DNA from: Octopus bimaculoides
Taxonomy: Eukaryota
Direction of reading: 5' to 3'
Length of the DNA stretch: 64,000 nt
Assembly (NCBI RefSeq): GCF_001194135.2
Contig: NC_068982.1
Location: 89,834,800 to 89,898,799 of the forward strand
Made by a program: the position numbers and the translations under genes. The notes beneath the pieces were generated by a model. It was given only the letters and a program-made list of their open reading frames with translations, was not told the origin of the DNA and did not search any database. Positions within the stretch are counted from its first letter, which is position 1. Every line of letters starts with the position of its first letter. Positions 40,958 through 52,772 of the stretch are shown piece by piece.

Positions 40958-41340
40958 TTTACTTGTTGCAGTCGTTAGACTACGGCAATGCTGGGGCACC
41001 GTCTTGAACAATTTTTAATTCAATGAATCGACCCCCCACCCCCACAAGTGCTTATGCTTTTATTTTTTAAGCCTGGTATTTATTCTGTCGGTCTCTTTTG
41101 CAGAACCGTTAAGTTACAGGGACGTAAGCACACCAACACCGGTTGTCAAGCGGTGGCGTGGGACAAACACAGACACGCGCGCGTGCGCGTAAACACACAC
41201 ACGACTGCTTCTTTCAGTTTCCGCCTACCAAATTGACTCACAGAGCTTTAGTCGGCTCGAGGCCATAGTAGGAGACACATACCCAAAGTACCACGCCGTG
41301 GGAGTGAACCCCGAACCATGTGGCTGGAAAGCAAACTTAG
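40958..41340 (-). mobile_element. Family B SINE
   Basis: tttacttgttgcagtc...ctggggcaccgtc...cttctttcagtttccgcctacc...gaaccatgtggctggaaagc. Confidence 0.85.
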
Positions 41341-41482
41341 CAACGATTTCAAACACAATCTATATTAGATTCTGTCATTGCTTACAATCTTCATAATATT
41401 CAGTCAACAGTTGACACGAATCGTCTTGCTTTTTGTTTATTTATGTAATCAGGTTCCTATTCAACATGCAAATTCCATTTGC

Positions 41483-41728
41483 TGGCAAGACCGTTGTGAT
41501 TAAGAAGTTCGCTTTGCAGACACAGAGTTTCGAGTTCGGTCCCACTGCAGCACTATGGACAAGTGTCTGCTGAGCAAAGCTTTGAGAGTGCATTTGATTG
41601 GCGGAAATTTACTGAAGCCTGTCGCACGCATAAGCGTCTATTTTATTTTTACTTCGTCCACACCGCTACCAGTAAAATAAACTATCAGATTTAAATTATG
41701 TACTAGAACTGATTTGCACGACTAACCT
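41483..41728 (+). mobile_element. Older family B SINE
   Basis: gtgattaagaagttcgc...gagttcggtcccactgcagcactatggacaagtgtc...gatttgcacgactaa. Confidence 0.7.
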
Positions 41729-41854
41729 ACAACCGGTGTTGGTGTGTTTACGTCCCTGTAACCTAACGGTTCTGCAAAAGAGACCGACAGAATAAATACC
41801 AGGCTTAAAAAATAAAAGCATAAGCACTTGTGGGGGTAGGGGGTCGATTCATTG
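41729..41854 (+). repeat. 126-bp inverted near-copy of 41021-41146
   Basis: Base-by-base comparison shows 3 substitutions in 126 bp. Confidence 0.9.
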
Positions 41855-41900
41855 GATGTGTATATATGCAGACACACACACACACACACACACACACACA

Positions 41901-42185
41901 NNNNNNNNNNNNNNNNNNNNNNNNNNNNNNNNNNNNNNNNNNNNNNNNNNNNNNNNNNNNNNNNNNNNNNNNNNNNNNNNNNNNNNNNNNNNNNNNNNNN
42001 NNNNNNNNNNNNNNNNNNNNNNNNNNNNNNNNNNNNNNNNNNNNNNNNNNNNNNNNNNNNNNNNNNNNNNNNNNNNNNNNNNNNNNNNNNNNNNNNNNNN
42101 NNNNNNNNNNNNNNNNNNNNNNNNNNNNNNNNNNNNNNNNNNNNNNNNNNNNNNNNNNNNNNNNNNNNNNNNNNNNNNNNNNNNN
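41901..42185. other. Assembly gap between (CA)n and (TA)(GA)n
   Basis: Ns. Confidence 0.99.
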
Positions 42186-42190
42186 TATAT

Positions 42191-42262
<72 letters not shown>

Positions 42263-43404
42263 TGAGAGAATAATTATAGAGTATTATAGTAGAGTATTTC
42301 TAACATAACTACAAACGTTACACATTTCCCAGGATGGATATACTAACTATCAGCTATTACTTCCCCTTACAAAGGATAAAATGTGAAGCCGATCTCAGAT
42401 ATGAGCACACAATTACTATACCTTACGGCAGTACATCCGATGCTCTAGTGAACCTCCTCGAATTTATGTCACGCTTAATGCATTTAAAACCCTACTGGGT
42501 GGAGTCTATTTTGTCTTTCTTTTTTCGATAATTTATATACGAACCATATGGTGAGGCCGTGACATATGTATGATATAAACATTATTTAAGGGTGACAAAT
42601 TGGCTAAAGTCGTTAGGAAATTGAAGCGGATGTCTAGCGATATTTGCTCCGGCCCTTTAGGTCTTAAGTTCAGTTCCCACTGTGGCATACTTATGTGACT
42701 GACTTAATCTCGTCGCCCGATAGTAACATCAAGTTTACTTGCCTTTAACAAAGACCAAGCCAGGTCAGGTCATAGAGTTCAGAATACCTTCTTGCCTGCT
42801 TTCTACTAGTGGAAGCTCTGTGAAGTATCAGGGCCCGACTAAAAAGACGGGAGTAAAAATCGGTTGACTGTCACATCGACAGCATGAGTGGAAGTCACCC
42901 TGTCCGTCCACAAAATATGTGCCTTTGTGTCTATATAAGAAAGTGGTATAGCTTAACCCTTTTTGTAAATTATAAAAAACAAAACAACCATACAAAGCAC
43001 GTACATAGTGTTTCTTTAGTTATTTAGTTTCTTTCAACCACACCGCTAAGGCTATGCAAGAATACCGCCTTCATATTCTAAAAAGTCTGGGTAAATTAGT
43101 AGCGATTCGTCATTTTGATAAATAAATATCAATCTGTTCTGAAGTCGTACAAAGTAAACTACGTCAGAATAACCTTGTGCGCGTTTAACCTTATAAGGTT
43201 ATATGACGTACGTTCAGCAAGTATAAAGCAAACGTACTTGACTTTTCACTAAGAACAAATTGTAATTTTTTTATATATCTCTATATGCATATATATATAT
43301 ATATATATATATATTATTACATATATATTCTTTTTTTTTAAGAAATGTAAAACATAAGTGTATTAATGTGTGCATGTGTGTACATATCAATATATGTATG
43401 AATG

Positions 43405-43608
43405 NNNNNNNNNNNNNNNNNNNNNNNNNNNNNNNNNNNNNNNNNNNNNNNNNNNNNNNNNNNNNNNNNNNNNNNNNNNNNNNNNNNNNNNNNNNNNNNN
43501 NNNNNNNNNNNNNNNNNNNNNNNNNNNNNNNNNNNNNNNNNNNNNNNNNNNNNNNNNNNNNNNNNNNNNNNNNNNNNNNNNNNNNNNNNNNNNNNNNNNN
43601 NNNNNNNN
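43405..43608. other. Assembly gap (N run)
   Basis: Ns. Confidence 0.99.
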
Positions 43609-44153
43609 TATATATAATGTCTGTGTTGCTGTGTATGTGTGTGAATGAGTGTGCGTGCATTTGCGTGCATAGATTTCTATTAGGTTAACACGCATTAAGA
43701 ACAAAGTAGATGAAAGAAAAGCAGTGAATGTTGACATGCATATTTTGGATTATCATGCTTCTTGTGATGTTATCATGGAAAAGAAACTAGAGTTATAACA
43801 AAAACAAATGAATAGCACGAATACTTATTTATAAAAATAAAAGCATAAAGCAAGCAGTTGCGCCGACTATAGGATACAAAATATATATAATAAACATTAC
43901 ACTACCTTTTTCTGCGTATTCCCTCTGAGATTTTCTTTCACCTGATATAGTTTGCATCCATAGGCAGGTAGGTTTTTGCAGATTTTGATATAAAGTTGTT
44001 TCAGTTTGATTTCATTGTCATAATATGGCGTATGCCACAACTTTTTCTGTTTATCCTAGAAATAGACATAAAATTAAGAGTATAGATGAGATTATTGCTT
44101 TATTTGTCACTTCGTACATATGTAATATATACATATATATGTATTACACAAGT

Positions 44154-44187
<34 letters not shown>

Positions 44188-44243
44188 CTATATATATATA
44201 CATATACTATATATATATATACATATATATGTATTACATAAGT

Positions 44244-44291
<48 letters not shown>

Positions 44292-45539
44292 CGTGAAATT
44301 GTTAGTGGAAATGGAAAATGTTATTAGATGATATTTATTTGCAATGGTACTGAGTATTATTGATCTTATGAAGGATATCAGTGCACTTAGTGACCAACGA
44401 CAGAGTATGTCTCATCACAAATATGATACAGATATTTGAGAAAAGGTCCAAAGGAGTGAAAGAAAATAAAATGCACAAATCTTCAGCAAAAAGGAAAAAA
44501 TATAGTTTCTGCGTCGTTAGAATAGTTATTATCCAATCCCCGTTTGGCGTGTTGGTGGATGTGTGAATAGCAAGAAGGAAAAAAGAAGTGAGCAGCAATG
44601 TGGGCCAAAGAAACCTAAACATTCCCCGGTTATATGAATGTTGAATGTTGTTCAGCACCGCTGGAGGTGGTGCTTTTACCAGAAGGTGTTGACATCTCCT
44701 GTCGGCAGCTGAAGGGAATGTCCCGCAGTGCAAGTTGTATCTAAAATGTATAATCTAAGGACATTCCTTTCAGCTGTAGTATATCATTCAAATCAGTTGT
44801 TGTACGTGCATCTATTTTACATCATGTACTTTTATTTTTCATCTAGCTACCTTTCAACCTAATAGCCTGCTTCTTATCTCCTGACTCCTACCAACTTTCC
44901 AGAGCTTTATTTTATTGGAATAGACTACTAAACATAATTAGTTGTTAAAAGACGTCGGATCGGCAGAAATGAACAAGCGCTGAACAAAAATGTCTTATCT
45001 TTAGTTCCAATGTTAAATTCTAATGGGCTCCATTTTATATACATTAGAGACATTTTGACTAAATCTTCATCCAACAAAATATTTGGCACAGTGTTTCGTC
45101 TAAAGAAAAGCATTATTATTTATAATGTTTGCTTTTTTTTTAACAGTGGGACTAATATAAATACGTACGAGGATACCTTTATATAAATACATCGCGGGGA
45201 AATAGCTTGTAATGGTCACGTCGTGTATCAATTGAAGAATAGAGAATTCTCGTTCATTTCACTCCAACTGACTAATAGCAACAAATTAGTGAACAAGATA
45301 TATTATTATTATGTTATATAATAATGACAATTCTTCTCATATCTGGGGTCTGTAAAATAATGTACCAGTAAATTCCTAGAGTCGATGGCATTACCCAATC
45401 CTTCCTCCCACACCGGAATTACTGACTTTGTACGTAAATCAGAAGCAATCATATACTGCACTTATTTCCTGAAGTTTCCACCAACCAGATTTGGATTTGA
45501 GAAAGTGGAATTAAAATCGCCTTAAGCTCGAAGAGGAAA

Positions 45540-45960
45540 ACTATGTCGATGAAGCAACTCTAGCAATTTCATGGAGAATATAGACAACAGTCGATTTTCA
45601 TCTTTTACAGACATGAAGTGATTAATTCATACCAGAGAAACCTTCTTCAATTATTCTGAGCTCTATCTAAATTTGTCTCTGACAATTATGAACTTTAATT
45701 TACTGTTGCGAAGGCTTTGCCAGCGAGGATTGAGAACATAGGCTACAGTGTCAATACTTTATGGATACGGCGTGTTGGTGATTCCTGTAAAAGAATTATC
45801 AACCTTTTTCTGACTGGAAGTCTGCCGTTCTATTGATACTATCATTTGTAACTCTCAGAAGAATTTGTATTTTAATGTATACTAAGAAATATAATTTTGT
45901 CTGAGATTTCATCCGTTAAGTTCCTCATGAATGTTGTGTATAGTTGAAAAATTCTATCGA
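45540..45960 (-). pseudogene. Possible decayed Penelope-like RT C-terminal remnant
   Basis: HNIHEEL/TDEISDKIIFLSIH (cf. LNSIHP.IKFT.E....I.FLDI). The rest is stop-riddled. Confidence 0.3.
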
Positions 45961-46257
45961 AGAGTAAAACGAAGAGTTAATCAGGTATTTGTTGTATTTG
46001 TTTCACTATTTCTATTCTTTCGCTTATGCAGGAAAGCCCAAGTTTTTTTCAAGATGACATAGAGAAGAGATGTATCCACTGAACAGCTCACAGACCGTCT
46101 AAGTCCCACATAGTGTATTAAATAACGGGAACCAGGAAAATATTTTTCAAAATATTTTATACAATCTTTCTTCTGCTAGTCATCAACTAGATTATATTTC
46201 TGTTTTTCGTTAATAAAACAAACATACTAAGTCAAAGAGAAAACTTTCAATTTTATG

Positions 46258-46288
<31 letters not shown>

Positions 46289-47399
46289 TTCCTTCTACAG
46301 TGGAGAGTTGATGTCTGAGAATTATCAGTTTAGTTAATATATACAATATATTATACAATATTCTCTTTTCTGGTTTAACATCCATTTTCCACGCCAGAAT
46401 AAAATGGATGAGCTGTTGTAAATTTCGATAATATTGTTTTTGCAGAAGCATTTGTTTGGGAAAAAGATTCATGTCCTTTCAAGCGCTATACACTCAGTTC
46501 TGCAGGAAGACATTTTATCATAAAGGGAGACTGTAGAAAACATGGTTGTGTGTTCTTGTCATATATTGATGTTTAGTATGATGTAATGTTATACACTATA
46601 GTGGAATACCTCACTGAATCTAATTTCGATTATGAGTTTATCCGTCAATATAATTCTGCACCAATAATATACTGAAATCGATTTGATCGATTTTAACAAA
46701 GATTGTTGTGTGGCTTGGTAAAAAAAAATCGGTTTTTATTTAGGATTAGAAGTAAACTAGGGTGGTTGCAATTCCAGGGAACAAGAAGTGAGTAATGATC
46801 AATACCTCATGAAAAAGATCTTATCAGATGAATAAAATGGACCCGAGATTTACTGATTTAGTGTATTGTTCATTAGAAAATAATTAATCAATACCATTGC
46901 TTAATGAATTCTTCATAGCAGGAAGCTTCATTGTTGAATGAAAAGCATCAGATAAACGTTGATGGATGGCATATTCTTAAGAAGCCGACTCAGCATTTTC
47001 TTATCAAGCGATAGATAAATAGCATTTCAAACCAGATCTCATGATTGACTTTCAATTACACATAGGATGTCTGTGTTAGGTTAATTACATAATTATCAAT
47101 CAAAGTTAATTGCAGAAGGATGTACTAATGTTACCATGCCAGTGTTACGAAGCTGAATGTTACCCACTTCAATATTACCAACAAGGATATTGTTAAGTCG
47201 AATGTTAAGTGAGCTCAGTGTTACCAGTAATATTATTTAAATTCACAGTTTGATATGTTGCCATCGTCGTTATAAGTGTCACTGTTGTGTTGTTGTCACT
47301 CTTGAATAATTTTAGCCAGTTCTGCTTCCTCATCGATATATTTTGAAAATCAAAAATTGAAGAGTTAGGCCGCAGTCACTCCACACTAGGGGATTACTC

Positions 47400-47406
47400 G
47401 TTATTA

Positions 47407-47438
<32 letters not shown>

Positions 47439-47832
47439 GTTATTATTGAGTGAGAGAGTTGTACATGCCATCAAAGTGACACTGAGGTAGGTAAAATATA
47501 TGAAGCCCAGTATACCCATCATGACTACCCGTCAGATAAGGGTCATGCATCACAACCATATGTGCGCGACATGATGATCTCATATCAAGATAAACAGTAC
47601 ATGTCCTTGCAGGTGGGGCCCAGTTAGAATTTTCTTCAGGTCGAGTAGCCCATCCTGGTCAAAAGGTCTCTGAATAAGGGTTGTTTAAAGATGTTGAACG
47701 AAACACCCGTGTTTCCAGAGTTAAATTATTCAAACCTCAAAGAATTCCTCTCAACACATAGCTATAATACTCCCCCACTACTTCTGCTCGTGATCAGAGA
47801 TGCACATATCGTTAGCCACTTAGGGACATCTT
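47400..47832 (-). mobile_element. 3' end of a non-LTR retroelement with (AAT)n tail
   Basis: High-complexity body ending, on the minus strand, ...gtcactttgatggcatgtacaactctctcactc(aat)n. I recognise it as a common octopus-type repeat but cannot name the family. Confidence 0.6.
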
Positions 47833-47945
47833 TCATACCTGACAAAACAATGTACATGATAACATTTCCAGTCAGTTAAGATCAGAAGCCATGAGAGCCA
47901 CAGTCTGGTACTGCATCAGGGCATTTATAATAATAATAATAAAAA
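47833..47945 (+). mobile_element. 3' end of a second retroelement with (TAA)n tail
   Basis: gtacatgataacatttccagtcagttaagatcagaagccatgagagcc...gcatcagggcatt(taa)n. Confidence 0.5.
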
Positions 47946-47982
47946 TAGTGGTTGTGGTGGTGGAGGTGATGGTTGTTGTTTA

Positions 47983-48072
47983 GGGCGGCGAGCTGGCAGA
48001 AACGTTAGCCCGCCGGGCGAAATGTTTAGTGGTATTTAGTTTGCTGTTACGTTCTGAGTTCAAATTCCGCCA
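47983..48072 (+). mobile_element. Family A SINE head, 3'-truncated
   Basis: gggcggcgagctggcagaaacgttagcccgccgggcg...gagttcaaattccgcc, then unrelated sequence. Confidence 0.85.
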
Positions 48073-49299
48073 AAGACACTGTCAGGTGTTTGTGTCACAC
48101 TGCACGGCAGAGTAAGTGAATCACACAAGGACAGGAACTTAACCGTACGGTGAGCTTCCACACGATTTCTGTCTTAAATTCTATGCACAGCACTTTTTTT
48201 GACCCAACACCACGGAAGAAGACACTCAACTTCTAGGCCCATTGCTTTTATTCTAAAAACTTGCATATTTAAAACCTTCTAAGTAATTCATGCTTTCTCA
48301 GTGCAGTAGTTATGTTCATTGACAGAGAGATATGATGATTAAATTAGGTAGATGAAGCTTCTGCACAAAAATTTTGTTGTCAGCTCAAGGAGTCTCCGTA
48401 TTGACTAATACATTTTCTTTGTTAATTTCACAGGAAATGAAGTCTTGAGATTTCGTTCTCCAAGCAGAGTTTGGGTTATGAGGAGGTATTTGAACATTAT
48501 TGGTTGCATGAGACAATTGACGCATGTCTCCGGTTAACTTGAAGACTTCTTTATATTTCAGCATAGAAAAGAATATAGTAATCGATTTTAGTTTGCTACA
48601 CTCTATTAAAGGCACGGATTGGATTAATTCTTGTATTGCTGTGCATGTAGTGCAAACAAATCCAAGATACAATCTTCAGTGACACACCAGTGCTAGTAAA
48701 AAGAATTAGCACGTTTTTACTAGTTTTCTATGAATTTCTACTTCAACATCTGGTCTAGTGGGCATCTGTAAACCTGAAGTATGTGAAATGTTTATTTTGA
48801 GGAATTTGAAACCGTATGTCTATGTTACATTTTCATGCTTTTTGGTCGTTTCATATTTGATTTGTACCTCCTGGCGTTTCATTTTTTTTGTTCATATATT
48901 CTAATGTAGAATACATGTAGCCTCGTTTTTCATTGATTCTTTCATCGCTGAACCGTGTTACGCTTATCACCAATTCAATTGTGATAACAAGGGTCAGTGA
49001 TCAATAGCAGATTCTACTTATAGCGCAAAAACGCGCCCCGGCGACCACCACATTACTCGTTTACTCAGAATCCACTGAGTACCCCTTGTGTTTACATGAC
49101 CGTGCAATGAGGTTGCATATTTTTTTTTTATATGGATTTATGTACTCATATGTACAACATAGGATCAATGGTTAGAAAAATATGAAGGCTCCTGATCCTA
49201 ACAAACGATGCTGACGAGTGTATTCTGTACAGGAAAAGATAATGATCTGCGAAAACATGACGGTGGAGGTTTGGCTGCTATGGCACGTGGGTTTTGGTA

Positions 49300-50800
49300 T
49301 TCTTTCATTTCATATACAGTCTGTTTACGTTTACTTTAGGGTGTAGCACACTATGCAGCTTCATCAACTTTCTCGTCCTTCTATTCAGTGTTGATATTTC
49401 CTCTTTAGTTCATTTGAGGATGGGTGCACTATATCTGACCTGCGCAACAGCCCAGATTGGATTTCAACACCATCTTCACACTTTTTTGATACGCCTCGCT
49501 GACCTTGATTTTCATTTCTCTGTGTATCCAGCTCCAAAATCCCTAAATACCTATACCCACCACCATCGAGTTCACCCATGGTCTCTCCTGACGGTAACCG
49601 CAATCCTTTCCAGGCTTCTTTCTTCCCCTCTTTTCATATTAAGTACTGAGTATTTGGTAATCCCAAATTCCATACTGATGTCCCTAACACACTTCTGGAC
49701 TGTTTTGGTTAAGGAATCTATCTGTTTTTCAGATTTTCCAAACAATTTCAGGTCATCCATAAACAGAAGATGGTTCAGTGATGTGCCTTTCTTCACACGT
49801 CGGTAACCCGTCTTACCAACCCTAAGTGTCATTGTTATAGGTATTAGTGCAATTACAAATAGTAACGGAGAAAACGAGTCACCTTGGAAGATTCACCTTT
49901 TAATATTAACTTCTCTAAGGAATACATTACTTGAGTACAATTCGGTTTTCAACTTTCATGCGATGCATCAGAAAATTTGTGATGTTGTCAGCAACACCAA
50001 ACATCTGTAGGCATCCAACGATCCAAGAATGCGGCATCATATCATATACCTTCTTTAAGTCAATCCAAGCCAAAGACATGATTGTATGATGCTTTTTACA
50101 ATGCTTCGAAACTGTTTTATCGATTCCTTGGTACCCTGAGAACTCTCCCTACATCCTTTTTGTTCGCTTGGTAGTATTTCTTCCTGTGCCAGGAAAGTAT
50201 ATGTCTTTGCCGCACATATGCTAGTAAGTATCATCCAGATTATGTTTAGGCATGCTATGGAACGGTAATTTCCCATAGAATTCCCATTTCTTCTATCTTT
50301 CATTATAAGTGTTGTCCTCCAGTCACCATCCACCCGGGGACTGTATCTTTCTGGACACACATTCAATTGGGCTGCTAGTCTTTCGTGTACCGCGTGGCAT
50401 CTCTTCTTTCACGTCAACTGGTTCTTATGACAATATTCTTATTCTTTCACGTCAACTGGTGCTTATTTGTTCTTTCACGTCAACTGGTGCTTATGCCAAT
50501 ATTCCTTTGTTTCTTTCCTCCTTGTAATTCTGCCTTGATAGTCTCTATCCACATTGCATCCCTTTTATGCACCACATTGTTTCCCCATAATCCGCTCAGA
50601 ACTCCTTGGCTTGATTTGCATCAGGAGCAACATTTTCCTCGTTGTCTCCTTCTAACGTTCGGAGGAATTGCTTAGGGTTATTTTTGAACAATCTGTTCTC
50701 CTCGAACTGCTTACTTCTGTTCACAAATCTTCTGATCTTCTGGCCTTTTGCCATGACCCTATTTTAACTGCTCAGCCGCTGTCGCCATCGTCATCATTAA
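49300..50800 (-). pseudogene. Second R4/Dong-like RT remnant, inactivated
   Basis: Across frames: RVMAKGQKIRRF...NRLFKNNPKQF, HERLAAQLN, RTTLIMKD, NYRSIACLN, LPSEQKGCR..SQGTKE, AWIDLKKVYDMMPHSWI, IFQGDSFSPLLFVIALIP, LNHLLFMDDLKLF, MEFG, GYRYLGILE, RRTRKLM...LHPKVNVNRLY. Confidence 0.9.
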
Positions 50801-50969
50801 TATTTTAATCATTATTGTTTTACAAATTAAGCTTAATAAAAGAATTAATTTTATATGCAGCGAGGTAAGGTATCAAATTTGTGCAGAAAAACCTTATAGA
50901 AATCTCTCATAACATCTGATGCCATCTGAATATAGAAATCTCTAATAACATCTGATGCCATTAACAATG

Positions 50970-51124
50970 TAGACGAAGTGATCAAGTTACAATCAGGAAT
51001 ACACACACACACACGAGCGTAGGCTCGAAATGTTAAAGACTTTTTCATATCCCGAGCGTTATACTAATACATCTATTTGTTTTCTACACCACCTGTCTTC
51101 GTCTGTGGTTTTTTTGTAAATTCT

Positions 51125-51130
<6 letters not shown>
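50970..51130 (+). mobile_element. Penelope-terminal-repeat-like short element with a partial hammerhead
   Basis: GAGC-gtag-GCTC-GAAA-TGTT-AAAGAC (51015-40), then gagcgt-tatac-taatac, a T-rich run and (TA)n. The CTGANGA box is replaced by (CA)n. Confidence 0.5.
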
Positions 51131-51171
<41 letters not shown>

Positions 51172-51589
51172 ACTATACAACTCTCGGCATAAAACACTAC
51201 ACGACAATACTTACCATATACTAACTAACATTAAGATAGTCCAGTTCGATAGATTTGATAGGATACGACACTCAGAACTGCGTTCAATAAAGCTTTCGCA
51301 AATATCTAAATTGATTAATATATTGTGTTTATCTAGTTATGAGATTTACTATGGACAACACTAATCTTTGTAAACAGGTGTGGTTTTATATCTTATTTAC
51401 CTAACTACATAGTCTCTTGAACCTTGTGAAACGTAAGCTTGATCTCAATAAATAATGTTTCATTTAGAATACATTTCGATATGAGGATAGTTATAATGAT
51501 GAAAACTATGTTGTTACTCTTACCTTTACCGTATTATAGGTTTTATGATATGGTAATAATAACAGTAAGAACATCATTCTCATCATTAC

Positions 51590-52250
51590 AGCAGCAGCGT
51601 GATGGCAGATCGTTAGTGTAAAGGTTAAAAAACAAAATATTTGCGGTATTTGCTCTGACTTCAAATCCTGTCGTGAGTCACTCATAACGTCGATAAAAGG
51701 AAGTGCCAGTCAAATACAGGGGTAAATGGTTCAGCTGACCCACTCTTTACACTTAACTTTACGACTAAATTACGAAACACTAAAATAAAAAAAAAAAACG
51801 TGGCTTGGCAGAATCATCAGAGCGTCAGAATAGTTACTTCGGGGCATTCGTTCTGTCAGTTTAAATTCCGCTGAGGTCAACTTCACTTTTCATCCTTTCA
51901 AGATTAATAAAATAAAGTACGAGTCAAATACTGAGCTCAATGTTATCGACAAACCCCATCCCTCTAAAATTGCTAGTCTAATGCCAAAATTTGAATCCAT
52001 TAAGGCGCTGAACTGGCAAAATCATTACTGTGCCAGACAAAATGTTTGGCTTCATTCCTCCTGGATATTTAAGTTCTGAGTTCAATTTCTGCTGAGATCG
52101 ACCTTGTCTTTCATCTTTTTGGATTACATAAAGTAAGCACCAGTCAAATATTGAGGTCAACGTAATCGGCTATCCCACTCCGCTAAAATGATTGTACCTT
52201 AGTTGTCTCTGAGAAGACTGTTTCCTGGAGCTGCATATTATTATTATTAT
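51590..52250 (+). mobile_element. Cluster of three head-to-tail family A SINEs (older copies)
   Basis: Heads at ~51600, ~51800 and ~52005, each with a gtcgataaa/aataaagtac-type core. Confidence 0.7.
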
Positions 52251-52387
52251 TAGAACTGTTTTTGCTATTAATCTCTCTTTCCAGTTTAATCATATCTATG
52301 ATATCTGGAGTACGGAAGGTATGAGAGTGTTTATCTCAGCCACAACAAAGTAGAGCTTTTCCATTAAAAACAAAACAAAAGATCATA

Positions 52388-52772
52388 TACTCTTTTACTC
52401 TTTTACTTGTTTCAGTCATTTGACTGTGGCCATGCTGGAGCACCGCCTTTAGTCGAGCAAATCGACCCCAGGACTTATTCTTTGTAAGCCTAGTACTTAT
52501 TCTATCAGTCTCTTTTGCCGAACCGCTAAGTGACCGGGACATAAGCACACCAACATCGGTTGTCAAGCAATGCTAGGGGGACAAACACAGACACACAAAC
52601 ACACACAAATATATACATATATACGACGGGCTTCTTTCAGTTTCCGTCTACCAAATCCACGCACAAGACTTTAGTCGGCCCGAGGCTAAAGTAGAAGACA
52701 CTTTCCCAAGGTGCCACGCAGTGGGACTGAACTCAGAACCATGTGGTTGGTAAGCAAGCTACTTACCACACA
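52388..52772 (-). mobile_element. Near full-length family B SINE with (AGTAAAAG)n tail
   Basis: tactcttttactcttttacttgtttcagtc...cttcccaaggtgccacgcagtgggactgaac...cttaccacaca. Confidence 0.9.

Noticed and set aside
44120-44290. Duplicated atatacatatatatgtattaca(c/t)aagtt unit (similar case at 33060-33150)
   Set aside because: Slippage within (TA)n low-complexity sequence or a local assembly stutter.
44335-44733. 132-aa minus-strand ORF in higher-complexity sequence
   Set aside because: No recognisable domain on either strand. It may be an old repeat fragment but I cannot assign it.
50404-50500. CRISPR-like repeat-spacer array
   Set aside because: Only three copies, with irregular 3-13 nt spacers, inside a eukaryotic LINE and with no cas genes.
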